64,000 nt of DNA, from assembly GCA_965237525.1 (NCBI GenBank), contig CBDEFO010000008.1, positions 32,001 through 96,000 on the forward strand, read 5' to 3'. Position 1 is the stretch's first letter. Every line of letters begins with the position of its first letter. Position numbers and translations under genes: made by a program. The DNA comes from Candidatus Latescibacterota bacterium. Its GTDB lineage: Bacteria > Latescibacterota > CBDEFO01. Of the stretch, positions 20,451 through 30,994 are shown piece by piece. Under the pieces are notes generated by a model, which did not search any database, was not told the DNA's origin, and saw only the letters and a program-made list of their open reading frames with translations.

Positions 20451-21330
20451 TTAACCTCTGAACTCGGCAATATGTGCTCGAACGAACTCCTCCAACGCCT
20501 GCGGCGACTGGCCACCGATTTTTTCCACCACGTCAGTTTCAGCACTGAAGACACCATCTTGATGGTCTTGAGCCACCGCCGCCAGATGGGTCGCCAGGAA
20601 CTCGGGGAAGCCGACCTTTTCCACTAGCACCCGACGCCACTCAGCAATCGGCAGGTTCACGTACTCGACGGGTCTGTCGAGTTCCTTCGCAAGCACCTCG
20701 GCTATTTCCGCGATCGTCATGTCCCGGGGGCCGGTGAGGATGTAATGCTGACCGACGTGGGGTTCTGGATCCGCCAGAATCCCGACGACGACCCGCGCGA
20801 TGTCCTCGGCCGTTACCGGTGCATGCTTCCCATCACCAAACGGAAGAACTAACTTGCCCGCTTCAGCAATGCTTGGGCCGCTGAACAGATAAAGGTCTTC
20901 CGCAAAGAAGGTCGGGTGAATGTGTGAGGCGCCGATTTTGGCCCAGTCCAGTACCTGTTCCGACAACCAATGGTGGCGGGCCAGGGGGCTCGCGGCTTTC
21001 TCCCGCGCAGAGAGACATATTGACGAGCGCCTCCACGCCCGCATCGCGGGCCGCTACGGCCACGTTGGTGGCGGCTTCGAGCAACCGATCACCCTGAGGT
21101 GGGTAACAGAAGTAGATTCGCTTGACGCCCTGCATGGCAGATCGGACTGACTGGAGGTCCAAAAAGTCGCCCTGGAGTATCTCGGCCCCGAGCGCTTCCA
21201 GTCGCTCCGACCGTTCATCAATCCGGTGCACGAACGCCCGCACAGGCAATTCAAGCGCCAAGAGCTGCTCGACTACAGGGTTACCTGTTTTTCCAGTGGC
21301 TCCGGTAACCAGGATTATTGGCTTAGACAT
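20451..21330 (-). pseudogene. NmrA-family NAD(P)-binding protein, frameshifted
   Basis: ILVTGATGKTG N-terminus and the C-terminal half (PVTAEDIARV, LTGP) are in different frames. Small deletion near 21012. Confidence 0.85.
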
Positions 21331-21592
21331 GATCATTCCTCCTTATTAAATTAGTTAGCATAATGTCATGTCGATTAAGGCATTCGTTTCAAAATTTAAT
21401 TTTTTTATCTCTTCGCATCCACGGCAAGGCCGCTGTACCATTTGGCAAGTTCCGAACCAATAAGATGCGTCTTTCGATGTCGATCGGCGCCATCGTTTGG
21501 CTCGGTACTCCGATCGTCTCTGCAGGAATTAGTGGATGGGCCTGATTCAGAAATTCCCTGGCGGCACATAGGGTCTAAATTGTGAGTGTCGC

Positions 21593-22699
21593 CTACCTAA
21601 ACCAGTCGTAATTGAGCCTCAGTGAGCGGTCTTCAAGCGGCAGGTCGACTCGCACGCCCCCCTGGACTGCAGACTGCTTCAGGGCGATCTCTACCTCAAG
21701 AGCCACGGCGACCCTTCTGCCGGAGTTCTTGGGCTCATCAAGCTTGCCTTCCAGACAGGCTAAGACATCCGCAACCCCGTAAACAGCACCAAATGGCCCT
21801 TTCATCTGAGATACCATCTGGGGCTCCGGCCACGGTATCTCCACCCGGTGTCTGCCAGCGGGGGTATCTATGTCCTGCCACAGTCTCCATATCCCGCTGT
21901 GGACAAGCTCTCCGGAAGATCCGGACACGCGGACAGAAGGGGCCCCCTTTCGGAAGTGAACGACGAGGCCGTCTACGGTTCCCATCATCCCTTCACCCCT
22001 GAACTCATCGCTGCCCGATTCGGTTCGCTCCTGGTCCCCGACGCCGAAGGCCCAGGCAGGAGCGCTTTCCACAAAGTACGACCACTGCTGATTCTGGGAA
22101 ATTGGAACACCTGGCGCCTCGATGGAGATGACATCGCCTATGGCCCCACTTGTAACCAGTTCCTTTGCCCTGCCAAAAGAGGGATGATTGGTGATGAGAG
22201 AACCACAGCAGAGAGGCACACCGGCATCCACGCACGTCTTGACCATCCGGTCGGCCTCCTCAAGAGTGTGCGCCATGGGCTTTTCCGTCATGATCCCCTT
22301 GGCGCCGCACTGGACGGCCAGGCAGGTCAGGTCAGCGCGGAACTTGGTGTTCGTGGAGATGATTAAGATATCCAGCTTTTCCTCCTTAAGCATCTGCTCA
22401 GCGTCTGTGTAGAGAGCCTCAACGCCGTAGCGCTCCTCAAAGGCCTTTAACCGCTTTCGGTCGCGGTCTGCACCGGCCACCAGATCGACATCCGGACGAT
22501 CCCACAGCGCCTCAGCGTAGGTGCTGGGTACACGTTCTTGTCCAGGGTGATCGTGGTAGTGGAATTTCCGGTGGATGTCAAGTTCAGGCGTTGGACGATC
22601 AACATTGTCGATGTCGAAGCGGTCGGAGATGCGATCAGCCATGTCGTAGAGCATTCCCATCCATCCCAACCCGATAATTCCCGCGCTATAGTTTGCCAT
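21593..22699 (-). CDS. Gfo/Idh/MocA-family oxidoreductase (copy 1)
   Basis: GIIGLGWMG and TEKPMA motifs. Confidence 0.9.
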   Translation of the reverse strand: MANYSAGIIGLGWMGMLYDMADRISDRFDIDNVDRPTPELDIHRKFHYHDHPGQERVPSTYAEALWDRPDVDLVAGADRDRKRLKAFEERYGVEALYTDAEQMLKEEKLDILIISTNTKFRADLTCLAVQCGAKGIMTEKPMAHTLEEADRMVKTCVDAGVPLCCGSLITNHPSFGRAKELVTSGAIGDVISIEAPGVPISQNQQWSYFVESAPAWAFGVGDQERTESGSDEFRGEGMMGTVDGLVVHFRKGAPSVRVSGSSGELVHSGIWRLWQDIDTPAGRHRVEIPWPEPQMVSQMKGPFGAVYGVADVLACLEGKLDEPKNSGRRVAVALEVEIALKQSAVQGGVRVDLPLEDRSLRLNYDWFR

Positions 22700-22805
22700 G
22701 GTAACCCTCATTCTCTTCTTCGTAAGACTATTACTATGATTTCGTGGGTGAGGCTTGATTCAGAAATTCCCTGGCGGCGCATAGGGTCTAAATTGTGTGT
22801 GTCGC

Positions 22806-23912
22806 CTACCTAAACCAGTCGTAATTGAGCCTCAGTGAGCGGTCTTCAAGCGGCAGGTCGACTCGCACGCCCCCCTGGACTGCAGACTGCTTCAGGGCGA
22901 TCTCTACCTCAAGAGCCACGGCGACCCTTCTGCCGGAGTTCTTGGGTTCATCAAGCTTGCCTTCCACGCAGTCTAAGATATCCGCAACCCCGTAAACAGC
23001 ACCAAGTGGCCCTTTGATCTGAGATACCATCTGAGGCTCCGGCCAGGGTATCTCCACCCGCTGTCTGCCAGCGGGGGTATCTATGTTCTGCCACAGGCTC
23101 CATATCCCGCTGTGGACAAGCTGTCCGGAAGAGCCGGAGACCCGGACAGAAGGTGCCCCCTTTCGGAAGTGAACGACGAGGCCGTCTGCGGTTCCCATCA
23201 TCCCTTCACCTTTGAACTCATCGCTGCCCGATTCGGCTCGCTCCTGCTTCCCGACGCCGATGACCCAGGCAGGAGCGCTGTCCACAAAGTAGGACCACTG
23301 CTGATTCTGGGAAATTGTAACAGGGTGGGCTTCGATCGAGATGACATCTCCTATGGCGCCGCTCACCACCAGTTCCTTTGCCCTGCCAAAAGAGGGATGA
23401 TTGGTGACGATACCACCGCAGCAGAGAGGCACACCGGCATCAGCGCACGTCTTGACCATCCGGTCGGCCTCCTCAAGAGTGTGGGCCATGGGCTTTTCCG
23501 TAATGATCCCCTTAGCGCCGCACTCAACGGCCAGGCAGGTCAGGTAAGCGCGGACGTTGGTGTTGGTGGAGACAATTAAGATGTCCAGCTTTTCCTTCTG
23601 GAGCATCTCCTCCGCGTCTGTGTAGAGAGCCTCAACGCCGTAGCACTCCTCGAAGGCCATTAACCGCTTCCGGTCGCGGTCTGCACCAGCCACCAGATCG
23701 ACATCCGACCGATCCCACAGCGCCTCAGCGTAGGTGCTGGGTACACGCTCCTTTCCAGGGTGATCGTGGTAGTGGAATTTCCGGTGGATGTCAAGTTCAG
23801 GCGTTGGACGATCAACATCGTCGATGTCGAAGCGGTCGGAGATGCGATCGGCCATGTCGTAGAGCATTCCCATCCATCCCAACCCGATAATTCCCGCGCG
23901 ATAGTTTGCCAT
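22806..23912 (-). CDS. Gfo/Idh/MocA-family oxidoreductase (copy 2)
   Basis: Same length; tandem duplicate at 1213-bp offset including flanks. Confidence 0.9.
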   Translation of the reverse strand: MANYRAGIIGLGWMGMLYDMADRISDRFDIDDVDRPTPELDIHRKFHYHDHPGKERVPSTYAEALWDRSDVDLVAGADRDRKRLMAFEECYGVEALYTDAEEMLQKEKLDILIVSTNTNVRAYLTCLAVECGAKGIITEKPMAHTLEEADRMVKTCADAGVPLCCGGIVTNHPSFGRAKELVVSGAIGDVISIEAHPVTISQNQQWSYFVDSAPAWVIGVGKQERAESGSDEFKGEGMMGTADGLVVHFRKGAPSVRVSGSSGQLVHSGIWSLWQNIDTPAGRQRVEIPWPEPQMVSQIKGPLGAVYGVADILDCVEGKLDEPKNSGRRVAVALEVEIALKQSAVQGGVRVDLPLEDRSLRLNYDWFR

Positions 23913-23991
23913 GGTAACCCTCATTTTCTCCTGCGTAAGACAACTGTTATTGTGGGATACTATACTCTGATTTCTTCCCAGAAAGTTGTTC

Positions 23992-24010
23992 CGCGATAGA
24001 ATCAATCGGG
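23992..24010. repeat. 19-nt hairpin micro-element, copy B
   Basis: CGCGATAGAATCAATCGGG in TTC^GAT. Confidence 0.85.
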
Positions 24011-24223
24011 GATGCCAAGCTTCGCCTGCGACGGGCAGTCAACGCTCGACCTTAATGGGGACCAATTTTGCGGTGCTTTCTCCTACACAAGCCGTCAGTA
24101 GTCAGGGCACAAGCGGCGGCAGTTAAGTTTCTGTCAAGCAGTTGTTGCAAGTTAAGCGTCATCGTTAGCTATCTTCTGTAGAGCGTCCAAATAGGTTTAC
24201 GCCCGATTAGATCTGTCCGGGGT

Positions 24224-25726
24224 CTACGATTCCGGTGGGTAGTTCAAGGTCGACGCATACGGACCGTGTTCCACGGCGATTTCCACATCTTCAATTATCA
24301 CTCCACCTTCGAACCCGTCAGGTCTCTTCTCCAGCGACACCTCTAACAGGTTCTGGCCTTTCTGCGGGCGTTCCCCTTCCAGGCGAAATTCCAACCACTG
24401 ACCGGGGTACGGAACATTACTATCTGTGATCTTATGTGTTCCACCAAAGGTGCGCGTGCAAGTCTCATGAGATAGAGACCTCCCGTTCAGCAGGATCGCA
24501 AGGTTGTCCGCCGTCACCAGATTACTCACGTTGATCTTAAGTCGTACTTCACGCACGCGTTCAGAAGATCCTTGCATATCATCTGATATATAGAACGGGA
24601 TCTTATAGCTTATGTTCGGGTCAGCAGACGGGATTTGGATCGGCAGTGCCGCATCGTAGACAAGCCCGGAACCTGCCGCATTTTCGCAGCGCCTCGGCAG
24701 GACATAGTGCTTTCCCCCTTCTTTTGATAGTTCAGGATTGCCTATCTCCGTGAGAATTCTGCGTTCTGAATCTCCTAATGGCCACTTCAAGAACCAGGTG
24801 TAGAGACCATCGGCGCCTCGATCCCAGAAGTTTCCCGCAGCAGCCCGCATCATCTCAGGCGTGGCGTACTTTCTGAGGTGAGATCCTACGCTCTCGTCTT
24901 CTGACCAGGGTTGAAGCACTGGGTAGACAGATGCGCTGTCGTTTTGATGAGCCGATTGAATGAGCCAATCGATGGGCATGTCAGGTTCGAGTATAAAGTA
25001 GCCGTACAAAAACGGCACCACAAAGTCAACGATTCCCTCCTCAAACCACGTGCGCACATCCAATCCCGCCTCAAGACACATCTTTTCGGTGGGGAATACT
25101 CGAGCACCGATCTGACCGGGCTTGCCGGGCCTGTTCCGGACCATGTGAGAAATCTTACCGATGTACTCTGTCATCAGCGGTGTGTGCTTTTCCGCTTCAT
25201 CGGGCTTGAAGAAGAACGGGGGAGCGCAAAAGTCCAGCTCGACTCCCTCTACAGAATAGTCTGTGGCGAGTTCCTCAAGGACTGCGAACTGATGATCGCG
25301 CGCCTCTGGATGAGCAAAGTTCAGACAGCCCTCCATCGGTCCGGGAACGCCGATCTGATAGCTTGGGTCGCTGCCACTGAAGGCTCCCATGCGCAGGCTT
25401 GCGAAAAAGTCTATACCTGCCTCATGCGCCCTGTCGATGAGCACAGTTAGTGGGTCGAGGCCCCTGTCAATAAGGCTCTGCATATTCTCCGATGCACGCC
25501 ACGCATACGCATCTTTGAATGGGCGCTGCTTTGCGTCCCATCTTAGTCCAACCTTGGATGGGTAGAAGAGTCCGCCGCTTGAGACGCCGTAGCTGAATGT
25601 GTCAACGGCAGTGCCTGCCACTTCGTCTATCGGTCTCCAGGCGTCCTCCAACTGCATGGGCGGCTCAAAGGCGTACAGGTAGTAATGCCGCGCATCATTA
25701 AAGTAGATCGTTCGACGTCGTCTCAT
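24224..25726 (-). CDS. Glycoside hydrolase-like TIM-barrel protein (GHL10-like)
   Basis: IYFNDA, FFASLRM, LNFAHPEAR and VEGVELDF motifs. Confidence 0.65.
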   Translation of the reverse strand: MRRRRTIYFNDARHYYLYAFEPPMQLEDAWRPIDEVAGTAVDTFSYGVSSGGLFYPSKVGLRWDAKQRPFKDAYAWRASENMQSLIDRGLDPLTVLIDRAHEAGIDFFASLRMGAFSGSDPSYQIGVPGPMEGCLNFAHPEARDHQFAVLEELATDYSVEGVELDFCAPPFFFKPDEAEKHTPLMTEYIGKISHMVRNRPGKPGQIGARVFPTEKMCLEAGLDVRTWFEEGIVDFVVPFLYGYFILEPDMPIDWLIQSAHQNDSASVYPVLQPWSEDESVGSHLRKYATPEMMRAAAGNFWDRGADGLYTWFLKWPLGDSERRILTEIGNPELSKEGGKHYVLPRRCENAAGSGLVYDAALPIQIPSADPNISYKIPFYISDDMQGSSERVREVRLKINVSNLVTADNLAILLNGRSLSHETCTRTFGGTHKITDSNVPYPGQWLEFRLEGERPQKGQNLLEVSLEKRPDGFEGGVIIEDVEIAVEHGPYASTLNYPPES

Positions 25727-25919
25727 AGGTGATCTCCTCTCTTTGTCGATTCCCCACCAGCCTATGACTTAATTCAGTATTGTGATTCCTCGCCATAACC
25801 TGAGAAAACTGGACTCCCATTGTGGCATCCTCTGCTGTGTTACCCTCACTTTCTCGTTCCTTATACGATGTATTATGCTACAGACTATTGCCCCCAGATT
25901 CCTTCCCAAGAAGCTCTTC

Positions 25920-25950
25920 GCCGATAGAATCAATGATAGAATCAATCGGG
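25920..25950. repeat. Hairpin micro-element, copy C (12-nt internal duplication)
   Basis: GCC-GATAGAATCAAT-GATAGAATCAAT-CGGG in TTC^GAT. Confidence 0.85.
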
Positions 25951-26087
25951 GATGGCGAGCGTCGCCTGCGACACCGAGTTGATATTCGACCTTTTTGGGG
26001 GCCGTCTGCCGTTTCTGTCTCTGACAGACGCGGAGTGCACACTTCGCCGCCTCCTTACAGTCAAAGAGGCAACCAGCCGGCGTCTTT

Positions 26088-28463
26088 CTATGCGTCCTCG
26101 GGCCGCGTCGCAGCGAAGATATCTTCACCTTCGGTATCCTCTCCAGCCGCGAAGGTCATTGAAATCCCCACGCTGGAATCTCTGCCCGCTTCTATTACTC
26201 TACCGACAAACCCATCCGGGCCACAGAGCGCGCTTAAGTCCTGCCCGGCCAGCGCTGCCGGCATCGCCCACAAGAGCATATTTTGATTGTAATCGGTTCC
26301 GAACGTCCATTCGCCCGTGTCACAGCGAATAAGGTTAGGTAGATCCCAGGGATGGGGATGTCTTATCACGTTGTTGTAGAGGCACTTACGTACGATCTCG
26401 AGCCCGGTTTCGCGATCCCCCTTGTAGATGTAGGTCATCCCCACAAGGTAGGTTTGCGGGGGAAAGATTCCGTAGCTGGTCAACTGGGGTGTCCCATCTG
26501 CGTCAGCAAAACCGACGGCGCCGCCAATCTCGACCAGACAGGTTCGCTTGATGGTTGTCAGCCCCTGTTCCACCCGCTCGGCACGAAATACGCCAGGCAG
26601 ACCGTGGAGGTGGTTCGCCCACTCGCCGTCAAATTGGCTTGCCATAATCTCGTCAGAGATCTTTCCCCGCTCCGGATCGCTATAGCGAAGATAGGACAGG
26701 GTCTTATCATTCCACAGATTCTCTTCCAGCGCCCTGCTCCCCTGATCAAACCACTGTTGGCACTGATCGGCAAACTGCCTGTCTTTCATCTTCTCCGCCA
26801 TGCGCTGAGCTATCTTCAGATTCGACAGACGCAGGCCGGCCACGTGAGCGCACATGCCGTACCAGTCCATATGCTCGTACCAGTGCTTTGGGGTTCCGCT
26901 GAACTTTCCGCCGGCCGGATCGAACGTGACGCTGATGACGCCCTCCGGCCCGGGAACCTGGTTCATCGTCCAGGTGGTGCTCTTTTTCACGGCAGGGTAG
27001 AACTCGGAAACAACGGTGTCATCCGCCGTGCATTGCCAGAGGCGATCCACCATATCCACAAAACAGACGCCGTTGAGCGGGGCCTGGTACTCATAGAGAG
27101 AAAATCGAGGTATCAGCTCCATTTCACTGCCAAGTGTGAACGGAGGAGCCCCGTCCTCCCGCATAAACTCTGTAAAGCCCTTTAGGGTTGACCTGGCCAG
27201 TTCGGGGAAGAAGTAATTGAGGGGCAAGTTGCCATACCAACTGCAGGGAATACACTCGATGTTGGCACACGAACGAGGGCTCTCGTATTGTCCATAGACA
27301 CCGCCTGGGAATCTTGAGTCGCCCAGGGGAGGCTGGGGCAGGGCCCAGATACTGGTCTCGGTCATCAGGCAGAGGTGGTTGATCAGGGAGTCGCTCAGCC
27401 AGCCGGGAATCTCCCGCTCGCCGTAGATCGCGCCTTGCCAGGCAAGGATCCGCTTGAGAAGCGAAGCATGGTCCGCTGCCAGGCGGCGGGCAACGTCCAG
27501 GCTGTTACGATACCGAATAGTGTACATTTGTCTGTAACAGTTGCCCTTTTCGCCCTGCCATTGGGGAGCATACCAGGCCAGCACAACGCGCGCTGTTCTT
27601 GCTTCATCCGGTTGCAGATCGAAGTCAATCGCAAGAGATGCTCCCGGATCGTCGGCTGACGCCGCGGGCTGTTGGGACGAAATCTTAGTCCAGGCAGCCC
27701 CGTCCGCGCCGAGACTCCCTCCCAGACGCGGGGCCTCCTCTCCGATCACACCCAGCACGTAACCTACATCGCCCTCACCGGTCACCTGCACTCCACGGAC
27801 TCCTTCCGCCACATCTTCCCGCCGAAACCGCTTTGTGCCCGCCTCCTCTTCGGTTGGTCCAGAGAAGTCGAAGGCAACCGCCCCCTGACAGCGCGTGCCC
27901 GACGTGTTGCGCAAGTGAATCTCGAAGATGGCGCCGGGTATACTGGAGGCGGCCAGATCACCCGGGATAAAAGGCGCCCACGCGCGTAGCCCCACACTCA
28001 CCGGAGCATCCGTCTCGTATTCCAGATCGGCCACCGGATAGTGACCCCAGTAATGGATCTCTCGGGCGCACTTTACGCCTTCTATCGGAGATGTCTGCAC
28101 TGTCCAGTCTTCATCAACCACCTTGTTGGCAGCGCGCGGTCGCGTACACGCCTGCAAGGCGCCACCCCTTATTACCTTCTCCGTCGCAAGGACCCAGACC
28201 TCCTCACCCACGGACAGACCCAACAGGGGCGAAAAGCGGGGTTTCTGACGCGGGACAAACGAGTTGAATATCGTGTTAAACCCTATGACACCTGATCCGT
28301 CAATGTCGAGACACCCCGTACCTATTCCACCCACCGGTACCCCGCAACAGGGTGGCCGCTGGTTTCGATAGATCACTCCGCACACCGGCTCGGAGAACCC
28401 CAGAGCGGAGAATTCCGTCCACTCCAGTTCGGTAAGATCAGTGGGGAACAATTTCTGGAACAT
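26088..28463 (-). CDS. GH116-family glycoside hydrolase (non-lysosomal glucosylceramidase-like)
   Basis: GVPVGGIGTG, WGHYPVADLEY, WAPFIPGD...SSIPG, SQFDGEW and HPWD motifs. Confidence 0.85.
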   Translation of the reverse strand: MFQKLFPTDLTELEWTEFSALGFSEPVCGVIYRNQRPPCCGVPVGGIGTGCLDIDGSGVIGFNTIFNSFVPRQKPRFSPLLGLSVGEEVWVLATEKVIRGGALQACTRPRAANKVVDEDWTVQTSPIEGVKCAREIHYWGHYPVADLEYETDAPVSVGLRAWAPFIPGDLAASSIPGAIFEIHLRNTSGTRCQGAVAFDFSGPTEEEAGTKRFRREDVAEGVRGVQVTGEGDVGYVLGVIGEEAPRLGGSLGADGAAWTKISSQQPAASADDPGASLAIDFDLQPDEARTARVVLAWYAPQWQGEKGNCYRQMYTIRYRNSLDVARRLAADHASLLKRILAWQGAIYGEREIPGWLSDSLINHLCLMTETSIWALPQPPLGDSRFPGGVYGQYESPRSCANIECIPCSWYGNLPLNYFFPELARSTLKGFTEFMREDGAPPFTLGSEMELIPRFSLYEYQAPLNGVCFVDMVDRLWQCTADDTVVSEFYPAVKKSTTWTMNQVPGPEGVISVTFDPAGGKFSGTPKHWYEHMDWYGMCAHVAGLRLSNLKIAQRMAEKMKDRQFADQCQQWFDQGSRALEENLWNDKTLSYLRYSDPERGKISDEIMASQFDGEWANHLHGLPGVFRAERVEQGLTTIKRTCLVEIGGAVGFADADGTPQLTSYGIFPPQTYLVGMTYIYKGDRETGLEIVRKCLYNNVIRHPHPWDLPNLIRCDTGEWTFGTDYNQNMLLWAMPAALAGQDLSALCGPDGFVGRVIEAGRDSSVGISMTFAAGEDTEGEDIFAATRPEDA

Positions 28464-28553
28464 CCTGAACTCCCTTCGGTATCTTAAATCAGAGACAGCA
28501 ATAATTAAAGTTTGGCAGCTTGTGCTACCAACACCGAAAAAGAACTGTTAACG

Positions 28554-28582
28554 ATTTTAACACATTTTCGCCTTCATGTCAA
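28554..28582 (-). promoter_or_regulatory. Sigma70 promoter for the GH116 gene
   Basis: TTGACA-N17-TAAAAT with TG extension. Confidence 0.75.
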
Positions 28583-28846
28583 AGCGATATTCTCCAAGTT
28601 CTCTTTTTTTGATCTTTCGGAAATCTGGGCAAATCCCACCGTACACCTCATGTGTTATTCTTAAACTAATCATCCTCGGCTAAATTTGATCGCTTGAATT
28701 TTACCTTACATCTTATTTCTTCATTTTGAATCAACCAGTTTCTTCGTTTCTGATTCTAAACCGCATATGTCCCCGTCACATTGGCGGAAGTATGCTTCTT
28801 CTCGTTGAAACCACAAACAACAGTCGCTTTTAGTATATTCTCAAAA

Positions 28847-30994
28847 TCAGTTCTTCAACTCCGCTAACTTCGCTTTCAGGGGACGATAGACATATTCGCT
28901 CATCACCGCAATCGCGCCGCGGTCCGACTGGTCGCGGGCTACGCGGGCGTACGATTCTAAGGAGCGACGCGCAGTCGCCAGCGCGGTCTCAGCTAGCATC
29001 AAGGCCTCGGAGAGCTTCTCATCATCTTCGGCGGCCGCAGCACGACGGACGGCCTCAATCGTGTCCAGATACCCGATGCCGAACTCCAACCGCCCAACCC
29101 AGTAGTCCACGTAGCTGGAGGATGACGCCACCTCGCTGCTGCTGTGTGGTTGAATATGAACCTTTGCCTGCGCCCGCCGCGCCGCTGCCAATGCGCGTTC
29201 ATAGCTGCGTCGGTCTTCGATGAGTTCGGCTGGCATCGAGCTTGGCGTCCAGTGTTTCATCATCATTCCTGGCACGGGAAAAGTCAACCCCAGCCCGTGC
29301 CACTCTAACCCAACTGTCGTCGCCTCTGCCTTGCGGAGCACCGTTAGCATGTCCCCCACGCACGCCGCCCCGCACACCACGCGAATCTGGTCGCGGTAAA
29401 CGGCTTCGGGCCTTGCGTTGGCGTCCCACGCAGCTTTTGACAGATACGCCACGCATGGGTCATGGTCGCCAATAAGCCAGTAGCGTGTTGAAAACCCCGC
29501 CCAACCGTAACGACGTAGGTCTTTGGTCAACTCGTGCAGCGACCCGGTCGTCAGCTGCGGAAGCACACCCAGGTTGTCGTCGTGCAGTGTATAAATCAGC
29601 GTGCACGGTACATCACGGCTGGGGATGTGCTTGAGCACCTCCCTGCGCCGCAGGATTCGCGACGCAGTGTAATCCACGAAATTCATCGTCTCGGAACCCG
29701 GCGGGAGGATGCGCGATAGCACCGGAAAGAGCTCTTCTGCAATACCGTCGAAGACAAACTTCATATTTGGTCGAAGAGAGCCCTGCAGCGCGTTCCGTTC
29801 GGTGAGCAGGTGGTCGTAGAAACACAGAGCGACGATGTCTCCCTTTACTTCCTGCACAGCGCGCTCCGAACCTCCGGGGTAGTCGGTACGCTTGCCCGCC
29901 GCAGCGAGTATCTCAGCCAGCGGTTCAATCTTGCTGAGACCATACTTGGCGTCCAACGCACTCCAGGCGCATTCGTATTGTCCCACCCACTGTCTCCACT
30001 CCGGCATGCCCAAGGACACATAGTCGACCTCGGGATAGGTGTTGACCGTGCACTGGAGGACGGCGGTGGACATCTTCGCAAGGGCCGCGTCAGTGACGTC
30101 CGTGTCGGGGCCGGGTACGACGCTCATCTGGCCAAGTTGGTGAACCTTCTGCGCGTCTTTAAGCAGGGATGCGAATTCGGGCGGAAACTCGGTCAGCGTG
30201 GCGACAAGGCCGCATTCCATGCCGCGGCGGTGGGCGTAGTCCATCAGATTGTGGACTAACTTCTCCCCGGCCGCTGCAAACTCCTCGTAGGGAGCACAAA
30301 GGGGGAGATCAGGGTTCCAGAACTCCACGGTGTCCCCAAACAGATGCCGTCCGGGCATGTCGTCGGTAATCGGGTAGTGGTAGTCGAACCACAGTGCCCC
30401 CGACTGCCGCTTGATACCCGAGACCTCAAGGGGCAAAAACGGTTGAAAGGTCCAGGTGCTCACTAAGATGCGGTTGAACTTGAGCTTGGCCAACTGGTCC
30501 AGCACTCCCCGATAGTCCTCCATGCCCCACGATTCGGGCCCGCAAGCAAAGTCGTTGATGACGCGCCACTCGCGGACTGGCAGCGTCGGCTCCATGACGA
30601 CGGTTACATCGGGCAGATGGAACTTACTTCCATTCTCAGGCAGCACGTCGCTGTGCAACAAGTAACGCACGCCCCAGCGTTCGACCAGTTCATAGACAGC
30701 CCAGAGTGTTGCCTTCGGGCTACCCCCGACTATGACCATCGTGGGCTTGTCCATGAAAGTTATTTTTCGCAAAAGAAAACCCTGTTCGCTCAATTGCGGG
30801 AAATTCTCTTCGCCCAAAGCTTGGACGACAACAGGATTGCTCTTCAGATTGCCCAGAATAACCAAGAATTCCGCCGTTTTACCTGGTGAATTGGCAATAG
30901 TGGCGGATAGACCGAACAAACGCTTCAGATAGCCCTGCAGTTCAGATGCCGCAAACCGTTCTACTTCATGTGCCTCTTCTGAAATAATCAACAT
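28847..30994 (-). CDS. Putative glycoside hydrolase with GH67/GH20-like N-terminal domain
   Basis: ERFAASELQGYL...IVGGSPKATLWAVYELVE.WGVRYL N-terminal module, then LDQLAKLKFN. Confidence 0.6.
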   Translation of the reverse strand: MLIISEEAHEVERFAASELQGYLKRLFGLSATIANSPGKTAEFLVILGNLKSNPVVVQALGEENFPQLSEQGFLLRKITFMDKPTMVIVGGSPKATLWAVYELVERWGVRYLLHSDVLPENGSKFHLPDVTVVMEPTLPVREWRVINDFACGPESWGMEDYRGVLDQLAKLKFNRILVSTWTFQPFLPLEVSGIKRQSGALWFDYHYPITDDMPGRHLFGDTVEFWNPDLPLCAPYEEFAAAGEKLVHNLMDYAHRRGMECGLVATLTEFPPEFASLLKDAQKVHQLGQMSVVPGPDTDVTDAALAKMSTAVLQCTVNTYPEVDYVSLGMPEWRQWVGQYECAWSALDAKYGLSKIEPLAEILAAAGKRTDYPGGSERAVQEVKGDIVALCFYDHLLTERNALQGSLRPNMKFVFDGIAEELFPVLSRILPPGSETMNFVDYTASRILRRREVLKHIPSRDVPCTLIYTLHDDNLGVLPQLTTGSLHELTKDLRRYGWAGFSTRYWLIGDHDPCVAYLSKAAWDANARPEAVYRDQIRVVCGAACVGDMLTVLRKAEATTVGLEWHGLGLTFPVPGMMMKHWTPSSMPAELIEDRRSYERALAAARRAQAKVHIQPHSSSEVASSSSYVDYWVGRLEFGIGYLDTIEAVRRAAAAEDDEKLSEALMLAETALATARRSLESYARVARDQSDRGAIAVMSEYVYRPLKAKLAELKN

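Noticed and set aside
24075..24172. Second attC site ending ...GTTAAGCGTCATCGTTAGCT
   Set aside because: The right half looks plausible, but no complementary R''/L'' half or cassette ORF was found.
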